Of a stretch of DNA of 64,000 nucleotides, positions 10,129 through 19,802 are shown piece after piece. This DNA comes from a candidate division WWE3 bacterium RIFCSPHIGHO2_01_FULL_40_23. Lineage in GTDB: Bacteria; Patescibacteriota; WWE3; UBA101185; 2-01-FULL-41-18. Under the pieces are notes generated by a model. The model was not told the DNA's origin. It saw only the letters and a list, made by a program, of their open reading frames with translations, and made no database searches. A program made the translations under genes and the position numbers. The first letter of the stretch is position 1. Every line of letters begins with the position of its first letter. The stretch covers positions 189,483 to 253,482 of the forward strand of contig MEUZ01000001.1 in the NCBI GenBank assembly GCA_001772615.1. The letters run 5' to 3'.

Positions 10129-10488
10129 ATGCCAAAATTCCTCTTTACGATTATAGCGGCCGTACTGGCCTCTCTTACCGCCCTTATTTATATGCTCATA
10201 TACAAATCTCCCGAGGAGACTGTAAACGTGGCTGTCTTTCTTTCGGTTTTATGGATTTTTATTACCCTTGCTCTTTCTCTTCTAATCTACGCCGTTAAGT
10301 ATAAAAGGGCTTCAAAGCACACAAACCTAAGAACCCTTTATAGAAGCGCGGCCAGGCCTTCGGTTTTTACGGCGACATTAGCCACGGGCTTTCTTGTAAT
10401 AAAGGTCCTGGGCGCTCTAACAATTATAAATGCAATTTTATTTGTAGTCTTTATTTTTTCAATCTATAAGCTTACATCAAAACCTTGA
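10129..10488 (+). CDS. 4-TM membrane protein
   Basis: 119-aa hydrophobic ORF. Confidence 0.7.
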   Translation: MPKFLFTIIAAVLASLTALIYMLIYKSPEETVNVAVFLSVLWIFITLALSLLIYAVKYKRASKHTNLRTLYRSAARPSVFTATLATGFLVIKVLGALTIINAILFVVFIFSIYKLTSKP

Positions 10489-10554
10489 CACTAAAAGGCT
10501 GTAGTGGTGTACTTAAAGCGTAGTTTCTATTTGTAATTATTTCATGGAGAACTT

Positions 10555-11046
10555 ATGGATGAAATGACAAACCAGCAACAGGTAACAACTTCGGCACCGG
10601 TTACACAAACGCAACCGCCGTCAGTAGAGACCCCTATGGCGCAACCAGCCGCGCAGCTGCCATTTGCCTCATTTTTAGATAGATTCCTTGCTGTTCTTAT
10701 TGACGTTTTAATTCTTTTCTCCGTCGGCTTTGTCCTTGGACTTCTCCTTGGAATGCTGAAACTCCAAGACATGGCAGGCGTGATCGGAACCCTCTTAAAC
10801 TGGGGCTATCTTGTTTATTTTATCGGTTCAACAGGCCAGACACCCGGAAAGAAAGTGATGAAAATAAGAGTGGTTAAAGTAAACGGGGCTAAGATTACTT
10901 ATGTTGATGCCTTTATCAGAGAGATAGTAGGTAAGTTTGTTTCATTTATAATACTTTTTATAGGGTATCTCTGGATGCTTTGGGATCCGAACAAGCAGTG
11001 TCTCCATGATAAAATTGCCGGAACTTACGTAGTAAAAGAAGGGTAG
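10555..11046 (+). CDS. RDD-family membrane protein
   Basis: RFLAVLID, GQTPGK..MKIRVV, KQCLHDKIAGTYVV. Confidence 0.92.
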   Translation: MDEMTNQQQVTTSAPVTQTQPPSVETPMAQPAAQLPFASFLDRFLAVLIDVLILFSVGFVLGLLLGMLKLQDMAGVIGTLLNWGYLVYFIGSTGQTPGKKVMKIRVVKVNGAKITYVDAFIREIVGKFVSFIILFIGYLWMLWDPNKQCLHDKIAGTYVVKEG

Positions 11047-11057
11047 TACAACGTCAT

Positions 11058-11098
11058 GTCATCCCGGGCTTGACCCGGGGTGACCCCTCGGGGTCACC
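11058..11098. repeat. REP-like palindromic element between convergent genes
   Basis: GTCATCCCGGGCTTGACCCGGGGTGAC overlapping GGTGACCCCTCGGGGTCACC. Confidence 0.8.
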
Positions 11099-11825
11099 TC
11101 CCAAAGTTCCTTACGCATGAGGTAAAGTATAAAACCGCTTTTTCAAACTCTTTTACATTAAAGTCGGGGCATAACGTTTCGGTAAAATAAAGCTCCGCAT
11201 ACGTTGCCTGCCAGGGAAGAAGTCCTGAAGTTCTTGTCCTCCCACCTGTTCTTATTAAAAGGTCTATATTCTCTTTTAAATCAAGGTACTGCGAAAACTT
11301 TTGCTCCGTAACCTCCGTCTTTGAAATATCATCTTGGATCATCTTTCTCACTGCTCTTAAAATCTCATCTCTTCCTCCATATCCGAAAGCAAAATTTACA
11401 TCAATCTTATGCTCTTTTGGGTTGCTTTTTCTCACATACTCCATAACCTTTTCGGCTATATCTTTTGGAAAAAGGGAAACGTCGCCAATAATCCCTATCT
11501 TCCCGCCGCGGCTTTCTATTTCTGAAAAGTACTTCCCGCTTTCAAGATACTCTCTGGCAAGAGTGAAGATGGCATCAAGAAATTCTTTGTCCCTTCTGAA
11601 GTTTTCCGTTGAAAAAACCCAGAAGGTTATTGATTTAACCCCAAGCTCTCCGGCTCTTGAAATAGCTGCCTTCATGTTTTCAATTGATACCCTGTGACCC
11701 TCAATCTCTTTTAATCCGTGTTTTTTAGTCCACCTTCTGTTGCCATCCATTGCAATAGCTATAGTTTTTGGGAAAAGTTCCGGCGATTTGCCATAAAGAG
11801 AGTCAATATCATCATTCATAAACAT
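11094..11825 (-). CDS. uppS: polyprenyl (undecaprenyl) diphosphate synthase
   Basis: MDGNRRW, FSTENF.R, YGGRDEI, DLLIRTGG..R.SG, RNFGR. Confidence 0.94.
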   Translation of the reverse strand: MFMNDDIDSLYGKSPELFPKTIAIAMDGNRRWTKKHGLKEIEGHRVSIENMKAAISRAGELGVKSITFWVFSTENFRRDKEFLDAIFTLAREYLESGKYFSEIESRGGKIGIIGDVSLFPKDIAEKVMEYVRKSNPKEHKIDVNFAFGYGGRDEILRAVRKMIQDDISKTEVTEQKFSQYLDLKENIDLLIRTGGRTRTSGLLPWQATYAELYFTETLCPDFNVKEFEKAVLYFTSCVRNFGR

Positions 11826-11846
11826 GGATTATATCAGTATATAAGT

Positions 11847-12053
11847 TTAAAGGTTAAAATCATCATAAATCACAGCGTTCCAGGGAAATAAAGCATTTTT
11901 CAGGTATAGGGCTATGAATAGGGCGATAAGCGAAACTAATATAATAACTGAAACCCTAGCGTATCTTTGTAACTCTGGGTTATCTCGACTAAGCAGAGTT
12001 AGCAAAAGAAGAGCTGTGGAATCTATAACAAGTAAAATGAGTAAATAAAACAT
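11847..12053 (-). CDS. small 2-TM protein
   Basis: 68-aa hydrophobic ORF co-oriented between the 12066 gene and uppS. Confidence 0.55.
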   Translation of the reverse strand: MFYLLILLVIDSTALLLLTLLSRDNPELQRYARVSVIILVSLIALFIALYLKNALFPWNAVIYDDFNL

Positions 12054-12065
12054 TTACAAATCACA

Positions 12066-13574
12066 TTATGGAACATAGGGCGGGTTGTATCCGCCTTGTA
12101 TAAACTCATAGTCATCCGGTGTCAGACTTTGCAGGGAGGTTAATGTAAACCCTGGATCAAGAGCCCTCCACTCCGCAGCACCCCGCTCAACGTGAGTTGT
12201 GGTTCTGTCATTTCCCGCATTGTCGCCCACTATGCATCCATAATCCTGTAAAGTCTTGGCAACAATCAGGGATGCCCACGATAACCCCTTATTCGCGAGA
12301 TTAACGCTGGGCTTTATACGCAGGACTATCCCCTCCGGAAGTATTCCGCCCTTATCGCTCTCGAAATTCTGCATTGGCCAATAGTTTTTCTCGGCCGTTC
12401 CCCACCAGTAGCATTCAAGTCTGTGGTTTATACTGCCAGCTCTAATTTCATCACGCCTGATTACTCTAACCGGCGCGGGAATTCCTCGATGACCAAAGTT
12501 TTTATCATTATTTGATCCCGCCACACCCCAAGCCAATCCGTTTGAACTTAGTATGTATCTCTTTGTGGAATCGGCAGTCCATTTATCCGCCAAGCTATCA
12601 TAAGCCGCATGCCATAATTCAACTACCTGGTCCCCGGAAAGATCATAAGATATTAAAACCTTATCGGTACCTGTGTTGGCCGTAGCACCACTTGGTATCC
12701 TTGCAAGAATCGTCTTACCATATAGGTTTGGAGTAATAGAGTAAACAGGATCGGATGAAGTAGCCCAATACACAGGGTAGCCCCACTTATTAGCTTCAGT
12801 GTCACCACCACTGTAACCCGGTGCACCGCTCAAAGCTATATATTTTATGGTTGCGTGGTCTTTCCAGTCTTGGATGTAGGTTGAGCTAAGGGGATCTCTT
12901 GGCGCGTCAACCGGTATCTTTTTGTTCCAGTAGCTGTCACTGGGAAACGCTCTATAAACAGTTCCCGTGGGGGTGGGCGTTGGAGTAGGCGTAGGTGTCG
13001 GTGTTGGAGTTGGCGTAGGGGTAACCGTTGGGGTTGGAGTCGGAGTTGGGGTGGGTGAAGCGGTTGGGCTTGGTGTCGGTGTTGGAGTTGGTGTTACTGT
13101 CGTAGACGTGGCAACTGAAAAAACAATGGAATAATCAGTACCATTTATATTACCTGACTGGTCAGAGCATTTTACATAAATGTTATATGTAGTGCCGTTT
13201 GATAGATTTGTGACTGTAGCCTTATGCGTTCTTTTATTAGGTGATGGGGTAAAAGACCATCTCATGTTTACATAAGAAGTATTAGAAACAGTATCATATT
13301 TACAGCTTGCTTTTTCATTAGTGGATACACCCGTGTTGGCAGATGTTGTATTTGCAGCAAGAGTTCCGGTAGGATAGCCTTTTGATATTACGGGAGGGGT
13401 GTTGTCAACCTGCTTTCCTTCAACTAAAAGCCCTTCCACTCTTTCTTTGCTCTTTAATACCTGTACAGACGCTACATAGATTAAAGCTACAATAAGAGGC
13501 AGAACTACAATTAAAATGAGGGGCACTGCAAAGCCTCCATCTGATTTATATTTCCTTTCTCTCTTAATTTGCAT
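12066..13574 (-). CDS. surface protein: prepilin-like N-terminus, Ig/Fn3-like domain, PT linker, C-terminal extracellular domain
   Basis: GG|FAVPLILIVVL; DNTPPVIS...Y..YVKC.D..GN; (TP)n; FPSDSYWN..I..AP.DP; start ATG 13574, 6 nt after TATAAT. Confidence 0.75.
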   Translation of the reverse strand: MQIKRERKYKSDGGFAVPLILIVVLPLIVALIYVASVQVLKSKERVEGLLVEGKQVDNTPPVISKGYPTGTLAANTTSANTGVSTNEKASCKYDTVSNTSYVNMRWSFTPSPNKRTHKATVTNLSNGTTYNIYVKCSDQSGNINGTDYSIVFSVATSTTVTPTPTPTPSPTASPTPTPTPTPTVTPTPTPTPTPTPTPTPTPTGTVYRAFPSDSYWNKKIPVDAPRDPLSSTYIQDWKDHATIKYIALSGAPGYSGGDTEANKWGYPVYWATSSDPVYSITPNLYGKTILARIPSGATANTGTDKVLISYDLSGDQVVELWHAAYDSLADKWTADSTKRYILSSNGLAWGVAGSNNDKNFGHRGIPAPVRVIRRDEIRAGSINHRLECYWWGTAEKNYWPMQNFESDKGGILPEGIVLRIKPSVNLANKGLSWASLIVAKTLQDYGCIVGDNAGNDRTTTHVERGAAEWRALDPGFTLTSLQSLTPDDYEFIQGGYNPPYVP

Positions 13575-13665
13575 ACACCAATTATACAGATAGCGAGGTT
13601 TGTAGCAAATCAGGAAAAACCATCCAAGACACAGGCAAAAGTCCCAAGTATGATATGATTTCCCC

Positions 13666-14430
13666 ATGCTTATTGACTCCCACTGCCACCTTCAGGAGGA
13701 TGCCTTTAAATCCGATCTTATAAAAGTGGTCCAAAGCGCAGTGAGTGAGAATGTAAACACCATGATCTGTATCGGCACTAATCTTAAAACAAGCGCCGAT
13801 GCCGTCAAACTCTCTCAAGAATACAAAGAGGTGTATGCATCCATAGGAATATACCCGCATGAAGAAATGCCAAACACCGACATAAGGGAGGAGATTTCCA
13901 AACTTTCAAAAAATAAAAAGGTTGTTGCAATAGGGGAATGTGGTCTGGATTATTCCGAAAATGGGAGAAACCAAGAAGATCAAAAAGAGCTTTTCAGAAA
14001 ACAAATAGGAACAGCTGTTCAGCTTGACCTTCCGTTAATAATTCACAACAGAAATGCAGATGAGGATGTTATTACAGAACTTAACCATTACAGGGAAACA
14101 GGCCGCTTAAGAGGTGTTTTCCACTGCTTTACGGGCGACACGGCGTTTGCGAAGAGGGTCCTAGAGCTTGGTTTTTACATTTCCTTTACGGCAATTGTTA
14201 CTTACCCTTCGGCAAAACACCTTGAAGAAGTTATAAAATCAGTACCAAAAGACCGTATACTGATTGAAACCGACGCTCCCTATCTTTCGCCGGAAGGTAT
14301 GAGAGGTAAGCGGAATGAACCAAAAAATGTTAAAATCGTTGCTGTCAGAATAGCCGAAATCCTAAATACCAGCCTTACGGAGGTAGCTAAAATAACCTCG
14401 GAAAACGCGAGAAGGCTTTTTACACTTTAG
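13666..14430 (+). CDS. tatD: TatD-family hydrolase
   Basis: IDSHCHL, AIGECGLDY, IIHNR, VFHCF, IETDAPYL. Confidence 0.95.
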   Translation: MLIDSHCHLQEDAFKSDLIKVVQSAVSENVNTMICIGTNLKTSADAVKLSQEYKEVYASIGIYPHEEMPNTDIREEISKLSKNKKVVAIGECGLDYSENGRNQEDQKELFRKQIGTAVQLDLPLIIHNRNADEDVITELNHYRETGRLRGVFHCFTGDTAFAKRVLELGFYISFTAIVTYPSAKHLEEVIKSVPKDRILIETDAPYLSPEGMRGKRNEPKNVKIVAVRIAEILNTSLTEVAKITSENARRLFTL

Positions 14431-14452
14431 GCGAGTTGGAGGACTCTCCAAA

Positions 14453-14516
14453 GTCATTGCGAGGGTGCAGCCCGAAACAATCTACAACGGGATTGCCTCG
14501 CTACGCTCGCAATGAC
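14453..14516. repeat. second palindromic repeat family (GTCATTGCGAG...CTCGCAATGAC)
   Basis: 11-bp terminal inverted repeat with internal CAATC/GATTG. Confidence 0.8.
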
Positions 14517-14535
14517 ACTAAATCATAAACAAAAC

Positions 14536-16068
14536 ATGTGGGAAGGTGAAAGTAAAACAAAACTTGACAGACTACTTGAAATTTTACCCGGTCTAACGAC
14601 ATGGGTAGTTTTAACTTCGCCCGTCTGGCTAGGTATCTTAGCTCCAAACCTTGTCGCAATATTTTTAACTTTTCTTTCAATATATTGGGTCTATCTTGCT
14701 CTCGTTCACACAGTTGGCCTTTTAATCGGGTACAAAAGATATAAGTATGAGATCGGGATTGACTGGTTTAAGAAATGTAAAGAGCTTTCCTTTTCCAGCC
14801 TCCCCGAACTGGACACACTCCCCAAAGATCTTTCAGGCATAAAGCATCTTATCCTTATTCCAACGGTTAATGAACCTCTTGAGGTTCTTATACCAACCTT
14901 CAAAAGTCTCGCCGAGCAAAACTATCCTCTTAAAGAAAACATATTTATCGCGATTACCTGCGAGGAAAGAGGGGCGCAGGAAGTTTCAGCCTCAATTGAA
15001 AAAATTAAAGAAATGTATGGAAAAGAAATTGGCAACATACTTTTTTACATTCATCCAAGCGGAACTCCCGGAGAGCTAGTCGGAGGGGGAGCGGCAAACA
15101 GAACATGGGGCGCAAAGCACGCAGTGGAGGATCTTAAAACAATGGGAATAAAAACAAAGGACGTAATCTTCACCACTTTTGACGCAGACACCAACCTTCA
15201 TAAAGAGTTTATACCAAGGCTCACCTACGCTTACTTAACATGCAGTAAAAGGCTTAACCATTTTTACTCAACCGCAGTCTTTTTATTTAATAATAATATC
15301 TGGAATGTACATACCCTAATGAGAATTGAAGCAAACAGCATCACTCTTGGAACTTTATCCACATGGACATTAAGCAACGACACCAAAGAAACATTTTCAT
15401 GCTACTCAATTGCGCTTGACACACTTATAGACGCAAACTTCTGGGACGTGACTTTAATTGACGATACCGTTTTTTACTGGAGAGCTTTTTTTGCAAGGAA
15501 AGGCAATTTTAAACCGAGAATCTTTTACACTCCAAACTCATCGGATGCGGTACATGGGGAATCATTCGCCAAAGCGCATCAAAGCCTATACAAACAGCTT
15601 TTAAGATGGGGCTGGGGAAGTGTGACTACACCCCTTGCCATGAGAGGTTTTATTAAATCAAAAGATGTTCCCCTTAGCACAAAAATATTGTGGATGGTAA
15701 ATAAGGCCGAGAGACACGCAATATTTAGAACTATGGTTTTTCTTATCACTTTCGGCTTTGCTATCCTTACTCTTGTTAATGAAAACGTCAAGCAAACCGC
15801 AATTGCCTACCGCCTTCCTGATATCACAAGTTTAATTTTAACAATTGGCTTAATATTTCTGATTCCAAGTACTTTCTTAAGGCAGAAATTTGTGACTCCC
15901 ATTCCAAAAGAATGGTCTTTTTTCAGAAAGTTTTTAACTTACCTGGAAGGGCCTCTTGTTATACTGAACCTTCTTACTTTCTCGTTTATCCCGTTTCTTG
16001 AAGCCGAAACTAAAATGATGCTTGGAAAAAGGTATAAAAGCCTTCATTTCACCCCAAAGTACAGATAA
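14536..16068 (+). CDS. membrane GT2-family glycosyltransferase
   Basis: LIPTVNEP, TFDADT (DxD), DDT, QLLRWGWG, flanking TM helices. Confidence 0.85.
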   Translation: MWEGESKTKLDRLLEILPGLTTWVVLTSPVWLGILAPNLVAIFLTFLSIYWVYLALVHTVGLLIGYKRYKYEIGIDWFKKCKELSFSSLPELDTLPKDLSGIKHLILIPTVNEPLEVLIPTFKSLAEQNYPLKENIFIAITCEERGAQEVSASIEKIKEMYGKEIGNILFYIHPSGTPGELVGGGAANRTWGAKHAVEDLKTMGIKTKDVIFTTFDADTNLHKEFIPRLTYAYLTCSKRLNHFYSTAVFLFNNNIWNVHTLMRIEANSITLGTLSTWTLSNDTKETFSCYSIALDTLIDANFWDVTLIDDTVFYWRAFFARKGNFKPRIFYTPNSSDAVHGESFAKAHQSLYKQLLRWGWGSVTTPLAMRGFIKSKDVPLSTKILWMVNKAERHAIFRTMVFLITFGFAILTLVNENVKQTAIAYRLPDITSLILTIGLIFLIPSTFLRQKFVTPIPKEWSFFRKFLTYLEGPLVILNLLTFSFIPFLEAETKMMLGKRYKSLHFTPKYR

Positions 16069-16072
16069 AAAA

Positions 16073-17569
16073 ATGGAAAAAAACGGTTTACTTTTTAAAC
16101 TTCCTAAATTACCCGAAATTAAAGACCTAAGATCAAAATTTGTAATACTTATAAATGCGGTCTTCTTTTTATTTCAGATATTTTATGCGGCGGCAAGACA
16201 GCAATACTTAAACCCCTATATACCAGTCTGGTACACAAAACCCTGGGGGGATCTTCAGCTTGCACCTACCGCATATATTTATATAATACCGGTCGTCACT
16301 CTTATATTTATAACTGTAACGCTTGTAATCTTAAGCAAATTTTCGGTCTTAAGGAGCAAAGAAGCCTCTTTTATAACTCTTACTTTCCTCACTCTTGCTA
16401 CGGTTTTTCTTACTATATCTGAAGTCAGAATTGTAAATATTGCCTCCTCACCTTTTAAACCCCTTTTTGATCCAAGGCTTTCCTCCCTTCTACCATATCT
16501 TTTTATTAGCCTTGCCGTATGCGTACTCCTTGTACCGCTTTGCATAAAGCTTGCTTACAAATACGATATTGTTACGGATCCCGAGAGGGATAAGCACCCG
16601 GGGATGATTTTAAAAAAACCTTCGGCAAGAGGCGGAGCTGTTGCGTTTTTTCTTTCATTCCTTGTGATCGCTTTAATATTTGTTCCCCTGACGAGAGTAA
16701 CGGTTGGTTTATATATAGGAGCTTTTATCACGACATTAATCGGTCTCGCGGACGATATTAAAAGCATCAATCCTTATGTAAGGCTTTTAGTCCTTCTTCC
16801 GATCGCGGTAATTATTACACTTGCAGTATCCGATCTTCATATTTTTTATTTTGCAAGCCCGTTTGATGGCATAATGCGTCTGGATTTTATAAAGATAACT
16901 TATGAAATTTTTGACATGAAGTTTAACTTTTTCCCGGTTGCCGACATCTTTACGGTCATATGGATTCTTTGGGTTATGAATATGCTTTCATGGTCAAATG
17001 CAGTTGACGGGCAGTTCTCGGGGATGACCGCCATCACCTGCATAATAACAGCGGTTATAGCCGTAGGTCTTTTAAAAATTGACCATGAGCAGATTTATGT
17101 CGCAAGACTTGCCGTTATTGCGGCCGGAGCAAGCCTCGGACTTCTTCCTTACAATTGGCACCCCTCAAAAATTATGTGGGGTTTTGGAGCCACCGCTATG
17201 GGCCTCACCATTTCCGTTTTGTCCATTATGGCAGGAACCAAAGTAGCGGTCGCCACGCTTGTGTTAATAGTACCTACTCTTGATGCTCTCGTTACGATAG
17301 TAAGAAGAATTCTTCAAAAAAAGTCTCCCGTTTGGGGGGATCGCGGGCATCTTCACCACAGACTTTTAGACATGGGATTTTCACAACAAGGTGTTGCTAT
17401 TCTTTACTGGGTTATTACGGCTTTAATAGGGGTTATAGCGCTTCTTGCTTCCGGCAGAGCCAAGTTCCTGGCTTTATTAACAATAGGAGGAATTGTTTCT
17501 TTTATACTCGTAGCAATGAACCTGAAAGGAGAGCCAGACAAGCTAAAATTACAAGAACCTGCGAAATAA
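16073..17569 (+). CDS. MraY/WecA-like polyprenyl-phosphate sugar-1-phosphate transferase with extra N-terminal membrane domain
   Basis: ARGGAV, GLADD, N.VDG, DRGHLHHRL; N-terminal IPVWYTKPWG..QLA module. Confidence 0.85.
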   Translation: MEKNGLLFKLPKLPEIKDLRSKFVILINAVFFLFQIFYAAARQQYLNPYIPVWYTKPWGDLQLAPTAYIYIIPVVTLIFITVTLVILSKFSVLRSKEASFITLTFLTLATVFLTISEVRIVNIASSPFKPLFDPRLSSLLPYLFISLAVCVLLVPLCIKLAYKYDIVTDPERDKHPGMILKKPSARGGAVAFFLSFLVIALIFVPLTRVTVGLYIGAFITTLIGLADDIKSINPYVRLLVLLPIAVIITLAVSDLHIFYFASPFDGIMRLDFIKITYEIFDMKFNFFPVADIFTVIWILWVMNMLSWSNAVDGQFSGMTAITCIITAVIAVGLLKIDHEQIYVARLAVIAAGASLGLLPYNWHPSKIMWGFGATAMGLTISVLSIMAGTKVAVATLVLIVPTLDALVTIVRRILQKKSPVWGDRGHLHHRLLDMGFSQQGVAILYWVITALIGVIALLASGRAKFLALLTIGGIVSFILVAMNLKGEPDKLKLQEPAK

Positions 17570-17981
17570 TACCCCAGGGAAGAGGAGCCTGGAACTGCAT
17601 TTTATGCTGAACGTAAAGCAAAGTTCTTGAAAAAACATCCTCCGAACCAAAAAACACATGCGGCGCTTCCAACGCATCCGGTAGGCAGGAGGCTATCACG
17701 CACAGAAGAATATTTAACGCCAGAAGGCTCTCCCCTTTAAACCAGAGTGCGTAAAGTGTGAAAAAAAGTCCTACGGCAACAGAGAGGCCAAAATCTGACA
17801 TTACAGCAAAAATCCTCCACCCTTTAAGTCTGTCTTCTTTATTAGTGTTTGAAAAAAAGTCCCAGTGGGGGACCTTATCGCCAAGAAAATGCATAGCAAA
17901 AGATAACGGAACCGAAATTACCGGATTTGAGATTGATGACGCAATAGCAACGCCAACAAAGGTATGGGGAGTAAGGAGCAT
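17502..17981 (-). CDS. membrane metal-binding hydrolase-like protein
   Basis: TPH..VG, HFLGD.VPHWD, LPD, H.KMQ; start ATG 17981. Confidence 0.7.
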   Translation of the reverse strand: MLLTPHTFVGVAIASSISNPVISVPLSFAMHFLGDKVPHWDFFSNTNKEDRLKGWRIFAVMSDFGLSVAVGLFFTLYALWFKGESLLALNILLCVIASCLPDALEAPHVFFGSEDVFSRTLLYVQHKMQFQAPLPWGIISQVLVILACLALLSGSLLRV

Positions 17982-18040
17982 AGCGTGTTGTACTATACAA
18001 TAAATTGCCTTATGATGCAAAGAAGATAGGCATTATAGAG

Positions 18041-18976
18041 ATGAAAAATACACTCCTTTTTTACATCATCAGAACCCTTCGCCCAAGGCAGTGGCTTAAG
18101 AATTTAAGCGTTTATGCGGCACCTCTTTTCTGGGGAAATCTTTTTGAAGGAGAGGTATTTATAGCTACAACAAAAGCTCTTGTAATCTTTACAATAACCT
18201 CAAGCTCCGTTTATCTACTTAATGACGTAATTGACGCGCCAAAAGACAGGTTGCACCCTATTAAAAGCAATAGGCCCATTGCAAGGGGCCTTGTCTCTGA
18301 AAGGCTTGCACTCCTTCTTGCCTTTTTATTTATAATCACCGCTCTTCTCCTTTCTCTTCTTAATTTTGGGAGATTTTTTGTGCTTACCATCCTTTCTTAC
18401 TTTTTAATTCAGGTTGCCTACACGTTATACATCAGAAACATGATAATTCTTGACGCACTCACTGTTGCGACTGGCTTTGTCTTAAGAGTGTTCGCGGGGA
18501 CCTTCGCTGCGACAGTGCCTATATCCTCATGGCTTGTACTATCAACAATAGGTGTTTCCCTGCTTCTTGCTTTTGGAAAAAGAAGGTCGGAAAGAACGAT
18601 ACTTCAGTCGGAGCACATACCCCTTGAAACAAGGGAAACCCTGAAACATTACCCTGATAACCTTCTTGACAGCATGATTTCAATGTCGGCTTCATTTTCG
18701 GTTGTCACCTACGCCCTGTTTGCTTTTCAATCATCACCCACGTACACAAGCAGACTTGTCGCCCAAAACTTGCCCGCTACACTAGCAAGCCCAAAGTGGA
18801 TGATGCTTACAATACCAATCGTTATCTATGGAGTGGCAAGGTATTTGTATGTCATTTATGAAAAGAAGGAAGGTGAATCTCCCGAAAGGGTCCTCTTATC
18901 GGATGCTCCTCTTCTTAACGCCGTTGCGCTATGGGTTGCGAGCATTATTTTTATAGTTTACGGGCTTCAGGGGTAA
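18041..18976 (+). CDS. UbiA-family decaprenyl-phosphate phosphoribosyltransferase-like protein
   Basis: RPRQWLKN, YLLNDVIDAPKDRLHP.K..RPIA, GFVLR, GKRRSE, GESPE. Confidence 0.9.
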   Translation: MKNTLLFYIIRTLRPRQWLKNLSVYAAPLFWGNLFEGEVFIATTKALVIFTITSSSVYLLNDVIDAPKDRLHPIKSNRPIARGLVSERLALLLAFLFIITALLLSLLNFGRFFVLTILSYFLIQVAYTLYIRNMIILDALTVATGFVLRVFAGTFAATVPISSWLVLSTIGVSLLLAFGKRRSERTILQSEHIPLETRETLKHYPDNLLDSMISMSASFSVVTYALFAFQSSPTYTSRLVAQNLPATLASPKWMMLTIPIVIYGVARYLYVIYEKKEGESPERVLLSDAPLLNAVALWVASIIFIVYGLQG

Positions 18977-19200
18977 TACAGCCTCGCAGGCTTTGCGCTT
19001 CCGGTTGAGACGCTGGGACTTGATTCAAGCACTTTGTCCGCGCTTGGTTTAAACGGCTTAACCGTAGAGGTTGAGAGAACATCATCTTTAGCACCCCTTC
19101 CTCCGCTAAATTTTGCATAAGGAACAAAAGGAAGCATTAAAAGAATAAAAAGAAACATCAGAAGATTAAAATTCATCCAGTATTTAGCAACTTTATTCAT
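18967..19200 (-). CDS. small membrane-anchored hypothetical protein
   Basis: TM helix; start overlaps the stop of the 19193 gene. Confidence 0.5.
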   Translation of the reverse strand: MNKVAKYWMNFNLLMFLFILLMLPFVPYAKFSGGRGAKDDVLSTSTVKPFKPSADKVLESSPSVSTGSAKPARLYYP

Positions 19201-19714
19201 TGGTGTTAATCTCCAACTCTCTTTCAACATCCGAGACAAGGATTAAAGTCAGCAAAACCGAAAGTGCAAGGGACAAGACAAAAACCCACCCGTAAACAAG
19301 CTTAAAATAATACTGAACGGAAAGAATAATAGTCATAAGATAAGAATAAGAAAGCCAAATTGTGCCTTCCGAGTAAACATCAAAGGAGCTTTGTATAAAA
19401 TTCCCAAGCTTTAAAGAAAACATTTTAGCGGCAACGACAGGTGTTACATGTGAATCATGAAAAATCCTTGATTTAAGAAGGAAGAATAATCCCCCGGCAA
19501 AAACAACCCCGTACATTATAAGGCTTGAATACGAGTTCACAGTTAAAAAATCCGTATGGTTTGAAAAATAAAGTGTAAGAAAAGTGCTTTTTTCCTCAAA
19601 TTGAATACCTGTGTATTTGATAACAAAAATGGAACCTAAAACACGCGCTGATACGAGAAGCACGGCAGGCACAATGGCCTCGTCAATAAGTTTTATAAGA
19701 ATCTTTGAAAACAT
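19193..19714 (-). CDS. conserved-looking membrane protein
   Basis: KLIDEAIVPA...FHDSHV.P; 4 TM; start ATG 19714. Confidence 0.7.
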   Translation of the reverse strand: MFSKILIKLIDEAIVPAVLLVSARVLGSIFVIKYTGIQFEEKSTFLTLYFSNHTDFLTVNSYSSLIMYGVVFAGGLFFLLKSRIFHDSHVTPVVAAKMFSLKLGNFIQSSFDVYSEGTIWLSYSYLMTIILSVQYYFKLVYGWVFVLSLALSVLLTLILVSDVERELEINTNE

Positions 19715-19802
19715 AGGCAGGCCTGAAATGATCATACTAGGAAAAACTATTAGCATCAAGAAAGAGTGGTTTTTATATGATAAGATCGTTGTCACTACGC
19801 CA

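Noticed and set aside
12961-13100. Tandem GGTGTT/GGAGTT-like DNA repeat
   Set aside because: It encodes a (Thr-Pro)n linker with varied synonymous codons; a protein-level repeat only.
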